Assembly (NCBI GenBank): GCA_945890735.1
Contig: CAMDCZ010000021.1
Span: forward strand, 2,495-34,494
Direction of reading: 5' to 3'
DNA from: Bordetella parapertussis
GTDB lineage: Bacteria > Pseudomonadota > Gammaproteobacteria > Burkholderiales > Burkholderiaceae_C
DNA length: 32,000 nucleotides
Made by a program: the position numbers and the translations under genes. Positions 26,935-32,000 of this stretch are shown piece by piece; the stretch's first letter is position 1, and each line of letters opens with the position of its first letter. The notes below the pieces were generated by a model. It had not been told where the DNA came from. It saw only the letters and a list, made by a program, of their open reading frames with translations, and did not search any database.

Positions 26935-27720
26935 ATGAAATTGAACTTTTCATTCATGAAGGGCGGTTTACTGCTCTTACTGATGCCATTGCTTGCGTTT
27001 GCACATGGCATCAGCGAAGCGGACAAGCAACGGATGTTGGATGGCGGCTATATGCAGTATGTGGGACTGGGTGCCAGTCACATGCTCACAGGCTACGACC
27101 ACTTGCTGTTTTTGCTGGGCGTGGTGTTTTTCTTAAGCACTTTCAAAGACATTGTGAAGTTTGTGACTGCCTTTACTGTGGGTCACTGCATCACCTTGGT
27201 TTTTGCAACCTTTTTCCATATCACTTGGAACTTTTGGTTGGTTGACGCCATCATTGCAGTCAGTGTGATCTACAAAGGTTTTGACAACAACGGCGGTTTT
27301 CAGAAGCATTTCAATATGTCTTCACCGAACCTGCTTGGCATGGTTTTCGCCTTTGGCTTGTTACACGGCTTTGGCTTATCCACTCGTTTGCAGCAACTTC
27401 CACTTGGTGAAGATTCGTGGCAAATGTTGCTTCGCATCCTGAGCTTCAATGTAGGTGTTGAGCTTGGACAAATTGCCGCACTGATTGTCATGGTGGGTGT
27501 ACTTGCAATATTCAGAAAATCAAAGTCTTTTTTGCGATTCAGCTATTTTGCAAATTTGGGATTGATTGCAGCAGGCATATACCTGTTGTTTGTTCAATTG
27601 CATGGTTACCAGCACGACACAAACGCAGAGCTTTTCCGATTCCCTGTTCAAGAGCATATTCATATCCACGAGGATATGGAAATTCAAAATGCAACAACTT
27701 CACCTCGAAATTCACTTTAA
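26935..27720 (+). CDS. HupE/UreJ-family membrane protein (putative metal permease)
   Basis: 261 aa. With signal MPLLAFA|HG, His would be the first mature residue. The signature GASHMLTGYDHLLFLLGVVFFL (HxxxGxDHLLF) is present, followed by multiple TM segments. Confidence 0.75.
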   Translation: MKLNFSFMKGGLLLLLMPLLAFAHGISEADKQRMLDGGYMQYVGLGASHMLTGYDHLLFLLGVVFFLSTFKDIVKFVTAFTVGHCITLVFATFFHITWNFWLVDAIIAVSVIYKGFDNNGGFQKHFNMSSPNLLGMVFAFGLLHGFGLSTRLQQLPLGEDSWQMLLRILSFNVGVELGQIAALIVMVGVLAIFRKSKSFLRFSYFANLGLIAAGIYLLFVQLHGYQHDTNAELFRFPVQEHIHIHEDMEIQNATTSPRNSL

Positions 27721-27735
27721 TTCAAAGGAAAAAAC

Positions 27736-28086
27736 ATGAAAAATATTATTCAGATCTTGACATTGGTGTTAGCCATCACATCTTCTCAATCAGTCATGGC
27801 GGGTGGTGGTGAGGATTGCCACTTTCACGGTAGCAAGCCGGCAGCCAAAGAGACAGTTCTCAAGTGTGCCGATCAGCGAGTTGAAAAATTGATTGCTCGC
27901 GGCAAGCTAGATGCCGGTTGGAAAGCCATCACTCCTGAATCCATCGCTCCAATCGATGGGGAAAAAGGCAAAGAATGGAAAATCGTCATTAAAAACCCAA
28001 CTGCCTCTGACAAGACAAAGGCAACTTTGTATTTGTTTTTTGCTGAAAATGGTAACTTCATTGCAGCGAATCACACAGGAAAGTAA
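27736..28086 (+). CDS. small periplasmic protein with a CHFH motif at the mature N-terminus
   Basis: 116 aa. The signal is MKNIIQILTLVLAITSSQSVMA, then GGGEDCHFHGSKP. The remainder looks like a small PepSY-type alpha/beta domain. An AAAGGA Shine-Dalgarno is present. Confidence 0.55.
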   Translation: MKNIIQILTLVLAITSSQSVMAGGGEDCHFHGSKPAAKETVLKCADQRVEKLIARGKLDAGWKAITPESIAPIDGEKGKEWKIVIKNPTASDKTKATLYLFFAENGNFIAANHTGK

Positions 28087-28095
28087 GTAGCATTG

Positions 28096-28136
28096 AAACC
28101 AGGACAACTAGGGCGAAAGTTGCCCTGGTTTGTTTG
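28096..28136 (+). terminator. intra-cluster terminator or attenuator hairpin
   Basis: aaaccagg-a-caact-agggcgaa-agttg-c-cctggttt is followed by gtttg. It lies 10 nt after the stop at 28086 and splits the six genes into 4 + 2. Confidence 0.5.
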
Positions 28137-28178
28137 AGTTAGGTTTAAGAATTCAATAGGAGGTAATTTGCTCTCAAT

Positions 28179-28547
28179 ATGGACAGAATAAGTTGGTGTC
28201 CACTAGAATGGCTTATGCGTATGTGGTGCTTGACATTGTGTTTTAGTTTGATCAGTGGTTTATTCCACGCATCTGCCATGCCATTGGAATCCTTGTCAAC
28301 GTCACCAGTTGGGTCTATGACTGCTGAAAGCCACACGGCATGCCACGAAGCACAAGACACCAGCCACCAAAAATCTTGTCATATCACTGGTCATTTGTGT
28401 TGCCTAGGCTTCACCACATTAGCAAGCCACAAGCCGCAATCTGCATTGCATTTGAATCACACGTGGAATTCTGTTTTTCAAACATTGCTTCTTAAAGAGC
28501 GCCCCAGCAAGCAGTTCAAACCTCCCAAGCGTCTTTTCCAAATCTAA
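28179..28547 (+). CDS. small membrane-anchored Cys/His-rich protein (CopL/CzcI/DUF2946-like layout)
   Basis: 122 aa with an N-terminal hydrophobic helix (MWCLTLCFSLISGLFHASA). The Cys/His stretch is ESHTACHEAQDTSHQKSCHITGHLCCLGF, and the C-terminus is KQFKPPKRLFQI. An AGGAGG sits 14 nt upstream, a long spacing, so the start is uncertain. Confidence 0.45.
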   Translation: MDRISWCPLEWLMRMWCLTLCFSLISGLFHASAMPLESLSTSPVGSMTAESHTACHEAQDTSHQKSCHITGHLCCLGFTTLASHKPQSALHLNHTWNSVFQTLLLKERPSKQFKPPKRLFQI

Positions 28548-28595
28548 AAAACATCTTGCCCCTTTAAGGGCTGTTTACTTTGATTGGAGAATTAA

Positions 28596-29096
28596 ATGAA
28601 TATGACACATTACATGGAGTTGTTGGCTATCAACCAACCCTGGAACTTATTGATATTCATGGCTATTCCTGTGGTGTTGGCGGAAACGCTGGCCATCAGC
28701 GAGTTGTATCTGCTGTCCACCCGCAACTACACCGGTTGGGTGCATAGTTTGAACCGAATGGCAGGCATCACTGTCGGTCTGTATTTCATCGGGGTGATTG
28801 TGTATCTGATGAAAACCGCCGTGTTGCCCATCACCCAAGCAGGAGAGTGGCGAACCATCATTGATGTGATTGCGGTGGGCAGTTATTTGATTGGCGGCCT
28901 GCCTCTCATCTACATCGCTTTTCAGGAATTAGGTTGGGTCAACACAAAAGCGACAGATGAGTCCAAGCGTCATACACATGCCATTTGTGTGGCATTGTTT
29001 TTGGTGTTCGGACATATCGCAATGATTGCTGGCATGTTAGATCCCTCATTGCTAGGCTATGTGCCTGAAGGCATGTCAGAGATGCACAACCATTGA
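28596..29096 (+). CDS. small polytopic membrane protein, uncharacterised family
   Basis: 166 aa with about 4 TM segments and a TGGAGA Shine-Dalgarno. The N-terminus MNMTHYMELLAINQPWNLLIFMAIPVVLAE is a conserved-looking family signature I cannot name with certainty. The C-terminus is GMSEMHNH. Confidence 0.6.
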   Translation: MNMTHYMELLAINQPWNLLIFMAIPVVLAETLAISELYLLSTRNYTGWVHSLNRMAGITVGLYFIGVIVYLMKTAVLPITQAGEWRTIIDVIAVGSYLIGGLPLIYIAFQELGWVNTKATDESKRHTHAICVALFLVFGHIAMIAGMLDPSLLGYVPEGMSEMHNH

Positions 29097-29110
29097 CAGT
29101 TTGAAGTTCG

Positions 29111-29147
29111 GAAATGGTGTCTTATCTCAAGACACCATTTCTTGTTT
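29111..29147 (+). terminator. strong rho-independent terminator ending the His/Cys-rich module
   Basis: gaaatggtgtctt-atctc-aagacaccatttc forms a perfect 13-bp stem and is followed by ttgttt. Confidence 0.75.
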
Positions 29148-29163
29148 ATGGCAACCATTTCCA

Positions 29164-29598
29164 CTATGCCTGTCGTGACCACGCTTCAGGTTTTGCTGCC
29201 GCAGCAGTATTTGGGGCAAATACCCCGCTTTTCGGCGCGATAGACGCACTTGCCGTTGTGGCAGTTGTCACAGGCTTATTGGGCGCGAGTGTTTGTTGAC
29301 GCTGAGCCAGACTCAGAGCTTGAGGGTTTGCAGCTGGGGGTTGACTGGGCTTGACGCTGGGGTTGGCTGGGGGTTGGGCTTTCTTAGGCGGGGGTGGTTT
29401 GGGGGAGGGCATGGGTGCAGCTGATCTGCTTTTGCCTTTACGACCACCCCGAGGTTTCAGCTTGGCCTTGGCAGCTTTGGCCTGCGCAGCTTGTGCTTGT
29501 TGCTGTCTCTGGGTTTCAATGGCCTGCCAAACATTGTCACTGACCAGTCGCCACAAAGCCATTTGATCTTCGGCACTGGCAATTTCATTGATACGCAT
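29164..29598 (-). CDS. hypothetical protein with a P/A/K/Q-rich low-complexity C-terminal half
   Basis: The ATG at 29598 has AAGGAG 6 nt upstream; the tracked ORF starts two codons earlier at a TTG. The N-terminus is MRINEIASAEDQMALWRLVSDNVWQAIETQRQQQ, followed by KAAKAKLKPRGGRKGKS...PPPPKKAQPPANP. No domain recognised. Confidence 0.5.
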   Translation of the reverse strand: MRINEIASAEDQMALWRLVSDNVWQAIETQRQQQAQAAQAKAAKAKLKPRGGRKGKSRSAAPMPSPKPPPPKKAQPPANPSVKPSQPPAANPQALSLAQRQQTLAPNKPVTTATTASASIAPKSGVFAPNTAAAAKPEAWSRQA

Positions 29599-29685
29599 CC
29601 CCAACTCCTTTTCTTTTATTTATTAGAAAAGTACTCAGGGCATATACAAAAACCTAGGCCGTGTTGTTCCAGCCCGGGTTCAGGT

Positions 29686-29702
29686 TGTCGGTTCAACCGA
29701 CA
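29686..29702. promoter_or_regulatory. TGTCG-N7-CGACA palindrome, copy 3
   Basis: tgtcggttcaaccgaca has 8-bp arms. It matches copy 2 at 17 of 19 positions when extended to ...aaccgacact. It lies 88-104 nt upstream of the ATG at 29598. Confidence 0.4.
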
Positions 29703-29711
29703 CTGCGTGAA

Positions 29712-29736
29712 CAGGCCTGAAATTCAATCAGGCCTG
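29712..29736 (-). terminator. hairpin just downstream of the 29741..30178 gene
   Basis: caggcctga-aattcaa-tcaggcctg forms a perfect 9-bp stem 5 nt after the stop. The T-tract on the - strand is weak, so it may instead be a processing or binding site. Confidence 0.35.
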
Positions 29737-29740
29737 ATGT

Positions 29741-30178
29741 TTATTTGCCAAAGCCCTCACGCAGCTTGTTGCTGGCAGACTCAATTTGGGTGTCAAGCTC
29801 TCCAGCTTCTACTGCCCGCTTGATCAGTTCCAAGGTTGGAATCAAGTCTGTGTGTGCAGCAACTTCAATTGTGCTTTTGCCTTTGGCGAGCTCAACCACT
29901 TTTGCGCCATAGCGAACATTCAGTGCAATCTTGCCGTTGTCCCCGTTCCACCACCATGCACGAACACGCTTAGGCAGTTCAACGCTGCGACGCAGGCCAT
30001 CTTGATCTGTCACAGTGCGAAAGCGAGTGGTGGTGAATTCTTTGCCTTCCAAGTGGGCTTGCGCCAGTTGGATCTGCTCCCATAACTTCTTGCACAGCTT
30101 GTTGCGGCGCTGTGCTGCGGGGTTCATCACCTGTGACTTCTTGCTGGTGCTCAGCTTGAGAGTTGCGATTGTGCTCAT
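29741..30178 (-). CDS. hypothetical protein (145 aa)
   Basis: The ATG at 30178 (MSTIATLKLSTSKK...) is preceded by AAGGAG 8 nt upstream. The protein is basic, with the motif RVRAWWWNGDNGKIALNVRYG. No domain recognised. Confidence 0.6.
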   Translation of the reverse strand: MSTIATLKLSTSKKSQVMNPAAQRRNKLCKKLWEQIQLAQAHLEGKEFTTTRFRTVTDQDGLRRSVELPKRVRAWWWNGDNGKIALNVRYGAKVVELAKGKSTIEVAAHTDLIPTLELIKRAVEAGELDTQIESASNKLREGFGK

Positions 30179-30255
30179 GTCATTTGCTCCTTGTTTGTTA
30201 ATGACAAAAACAACTTTAGTTTCGACCAGCATTTCTGGGCAACCACGATGTCATG

Positions 30256-30306
30256 GAAACCCGAAAGACCTCTGGGACTTTGCCCAAAATCACATAAAAA
30301 TCACCA
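30256..30306. repeat. left repeat cluster of the ORF-free region
   Basis: The cluster holds gaaacccgaaa (30256..30266), tttgcccaaa (30279..30288), aaaatcac (30286..30293) and taaaaatcacca (30295..30306). The three longer motifs each have a partner further right; see the entries at 30757, 31053, 31130 and 31349. Confidence 0.5.
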
Positions 30307-30756
30307 GAATTTCAATAGCTTTTATTTGGTCTAGCTAAATAAACATGACAGGCAAATCAAAAAACTGGATTTGTGCTGCCATTTATTACTACCGAAACCA
30401 AGAGCCGCGTCACTCAGTTGAACTTGACGCCCTAGACCTGGACATTGGTGTTCGCAGGGACGGAAATTCTGAGCGGTAGCAGAGACTTGTTGTCACTACC
30501 CGTTGAGGATGCTGTTGGGAGTTGCTGACCAATTGACACAAGAATCTATTCAAGCACCAAGGTGATGGACTCAATGTCCATGCACCACGAGCAAGCCCTG
30601 CCTACACAGCAACTTGCAAACCCTGCGGCCAGTTGGCACTTCGGCTGTCGCAGACTGTTGCGTTTCATTAGCAGCACATAAAAGGAGACCGCGAAACCGC
30701 CCTTGCCTAATTAGGTTGTGCTGAAGTGCTGTGGTAACGAACTCAGCGAAAGAGTG

Positions 30757-30765
30757 TTGCCCAAA
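30757..30765. repeat. direct copy of TTGCCCAAA
   Basis: ttgcccaaa is in the same orientation as the copy at 30280..30288. It overlaps the A-tract of the terminator at 30763..30793. Confidence 0.35.
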
Positions 30766-30843
30766 AAACTGAGCCTGTGTGCACAAGGCTCAGTGTGGGT
30801 TGAATCTAGCGAAAGCCCTTGAACACCAGTCACAGTTTCAAGC
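30763..30843 (-). ncRNA. candidate small RNA of about 80 nt (promoter, 5' hairpin and terminator)
   Basis: The reverse strand reads TTGAAT (30877..30872), a 16-nt spacer, then TATTGT (30855..30850). A hairpin cttgaa/ttcaag follows at 30818..30842. The terminator is ctgagcct-N9-aggctcag (30769..30793) followed by TTTTTT (30768..30763). No ORF with a Shine-Dalgarno lies inside. Confidence 0.3.
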
Positions 30844-31052
30844 ATCAACACAATATCAAATTAAATTGACAATTCAAACTCTAGTATCAAATAGGAAATA
30901 AATGTGCTGAAACAAATCCTTGAGCGATCAGCGAAAAGGGATTTGTGAAAGCACAAGCGAGCTGCAAGGCTCGCTATCAATACACCATGAATGGATTCAG
31001 CAATTTTACAAATGGCATCGTGCGAGTTCAGTTATGTAACCTCAGGAGTGGT

Positions 31053-31064
31053 TAAAAATCACCA
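31053..31064. repeat. direct copy of TAAAAATCACCA
   Basis: A 12 of 12 match to 30295..30306, 758 nt away. Confidence 0.45.
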
Positions 31065-31086
31065 CCATGAAAAGTCAAGTACTGGG

Positions 31087-31117
31087 TGCTAATTTTTCGC
31101 AGCTGAAAAAATTAGCA
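31087..31117. repeat. AT-rich perfect 11-bp inverted repeat or hairpin
   Basis: tgctaattttt-cgcagctga-aaaaattagca. Confidence 0.5.
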
Positions 31118-31129
31118 ATGCAGACCTCA

Positions 31130-31139
31130 TTTGGGCAAA
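31130..31139. repeat. inverted copy of TTTGCCCAAA
   Basis: tttgggcaaa is the exact reverse complement of 30279..30288. Confidence 0.4.
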
Positions 31140-31348
31140 CAGCAGCTGCGTCAAATCAGCCCTACAGCACAAGATCTCGTGAGCCCAGCACCCTACTACC
31201 CAGCTGATCAAAAACTGCTTGTAGGGCTGCTAAATACATCGTGGCGTAAGAGCCACGAGTTATCCACAGACGCTCATACAAAAACCTCACTAAATCCGCA
31301 TTTCATGAGGTTATTGCGTAACGCATTGATTTCATTGACCCGAAGCAG

Positions 31349-31359
31349 TTTCGGGTTTC
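31349..31359. repeat. inverted copy of GAAACCCGAAA
   Basis: tttcgggtttc is the exact reverse complement of 30256..30266. It also forms the right arm of a local hairpin, acccgaa-gcagt-ttcgggt (31338..31356). It ends 68 nt before the recombinase ATG. Confidence 0.4.
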
Positions 31360-31427
31360 AGGTTGTCCAGACCATATCAAAGAAAACAAACTGTAGCTCT
31401 GTATTTATTACTTTTAGGAGCACAGAA

Positions 31428-32000
31428 ATGAAACAAGCAAAAACACTCACAGCAGCAGAACTGCGCCGTGTTACTGATTCCATAGCCACAAGGGCTCATG
31501 CAGCCCGCAACAGAGCCATGCTGATGATGACCCATTTAGCGGGTCTGCGTGTCGGTGAAGTAGCCCAACTCACTTGGACGGATGTGATCAACGCAGAAGG
31601 GCGGGTGCGCGAAGAGGTGCGTTTGAATGCCGATCAGACCAAGGGCAGACATCCACGCACCGTGTACATCAGTCCCAAGCTGCAAAAGGAATTACAAACC
31701 TATGCCAGTTCAGTCAAGCAGCGCGAAGATTCAGCTGCGTTCTTTTACACCCAGAAACACCCACGCCGAGGCTTTACGCCCAACACATTGGCTCAGCACT
31801 TCCTGAACATGTATCGGGTGGCTGGCATTGATGGTGCCAGTAGCCACAGTGGCCGCAGGACTTTTGCTACATCACTCAGCAGCCGAGGAGCCAGCATCAG
31901 GGTGCTGATGAAAATCCTAGGACACCGCAACATATCGACCACTATCGGATATGTGGACGCCAGCGACGACATGCTGCGCCGCGCAGTTGAGTTGGTGTAA
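31428..32000 (+). CDS. short (190 aa) catalytic-domain-only tyrosine recombinase, FimB/FimE-sized
   Basis: The ATG at 31428 has AGGAG 8 nt upstream. The catalytic residues are all present: R in AGLRVGEV, HxxR in SSHSGRRTF, and H...Y in GHRNISTTIGYV. There is no arm-binding or full core-binding N-domain. The in-frame upstream 99 codons of the tracked ORF (TTG at 31131) are unconvincing. Confidence 0.85.
   Translation: MKQAKTLTAAELRRVTDSIATRAHAARNRAMLMMTHLAGLRVGEVAQLTWTDVINAEGRVREEVRLNADQTKGRHPRTVYISPKLQKELQTYASSVKQREDSAAFFYTQKHPRRGFTPNTLAQHFLNMYRVAGIDGASSHSGRRTFATSLSSRGASIRVLMKILGHRNISTTIGYVDASDDMLRRAVELV

Larger units (their letters stand above)
25194..32000. mobile_element. AT-rich accessory segment, possibly part of a genomic island continuing past the right edge
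   Basis: The segment abuts a tRNA gene. Spot G+C counts by hand give 22 of 60 at 26521..26580 against 37 of 60 at 8401..8460. It contains orphan hypothetical genes and a tyrosine recombinase. I found no flanking direct repeat of the tRNA. Confidence 0.4.

Noticed and set aside
29114-29299. 61-aa plus-strand ORF downstream of the module terminator.
   Set aside because: It starts inside the terminator hairpin and is antisense to the 3' half of the better-supported 29164..29598 gene. It has no Shine-Dalgarno sequence.
30345-30488. 47-codon plus-strand ORF (MTGKSKNWICAAIYYYRNQEPRH...) and other 13-46-codon ORFs across 30345..31205.
   Set aside because: None has a properly spaced Shine-Dalgarno sequence or a recognisable motif; for example, there is no AlpA/Xis-like helix-turn-helix. 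They are kept only as a caveat to the ORF-free statement.
30571-30786. 71-aa minus-strand ORF in the ORF-free region.
   Set aside because: Its start lies inside the stem of a rho-independent terminator. It has no Shine-Dalgarno sequence, and its composition is uninformative.
30744-30938. The AGCGAAA(A)G motif seen three times (30744, 30807, 30929).
   Set aside because: It is only 7-8 nt long, has no consistent flanking complementarity, and could easily be chance in 200 nt of A-rich sequence.
31131-31427. In-frame 99-codon N-terminal extension of the recombinase (TTG start in the ORF track).
   Set aside because: The extension has no resemblance to a core-binding or arm-binding domain. It contains several hairpins and repeats. 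A canonical AGGAG-N8-ATG lies at 31428. I cannot fully exclude a longer protein.
1-32000. CRISPR arrays, rRNA genes, IS elements or transposases, toxin-antitoxin pairs, and known defence-system genes (nucleases, helicase/ATPase pairs, reverse transcriptases).
   Set aside because: I saw no regularly spaced repeats, no transposase-like or RT-like ORFs, and no short overlapping gene pairs with TA-like features. Absence is judged by eye only.

Overview
This is a GC-rich proteobacterial chromosome segment. Gene content looks betaproteobacterial or Burkholderiales-like, but that is inference only. It falls into five blocks.

1. **1-4.5 kb:** the edge of a sox cluster (soxX plus the 5' part of soxY, which is missing from the ORF track), an HSL-type esterase, a metal-dependent hydrolase, a small secreted protein, a secreted pentapeptide-repeat protein and a TerC-family membrane protein.
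2. **4.5-10.6 kb:** a tightly packed envelope-remodelling locus. It holds two PAP2 phosphatases, an ArnT-like GT-C transferase, an ArnC-like GT2, a UPF0104 membrane protein and a divergent UDP-glucuronate 4-epimerase.
3. **10.7-12.6 kb:** an AT-rich three-gene islet with a SET-domain protein, a FemAB/CelD-like GNAT and a CxxCxxCC protein.
4. **12.6-24.1 kb:** an RND pump (permease, then adaptor, with no outer-membrane factor), then paaX, a long inverted-repeat operator, and paaABCDE-paaZ.
5. **24.1-32 kb:** an AT-rich accessory region around a tRNA(CAT) gene. It carries a secreted HExxH protein, a six-gene module in which every product has His/Cys-rich segments, two hypothetical genes of the kind found on mobile elements, a 1.25-kb ORF-free repeat- and hairpin-rich stretch, and a 190-aa catalytic-domain-only tyrosine recombinase.

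I saw no rRNA, CRISPR array, IS element or recognisable defence genes. The best candidates for something undescribed are the His/Cys-rich membrane/periplasmic module with its shared TGTCG-N7-CGACA palindromes, the short FimB/FimE-sized recombinase next to the ORF-free region (a possible DNA switch), and the SET / GNAT / CxxCxxCC trio. All functional calls come from motif recognition by eye. No searches were run.
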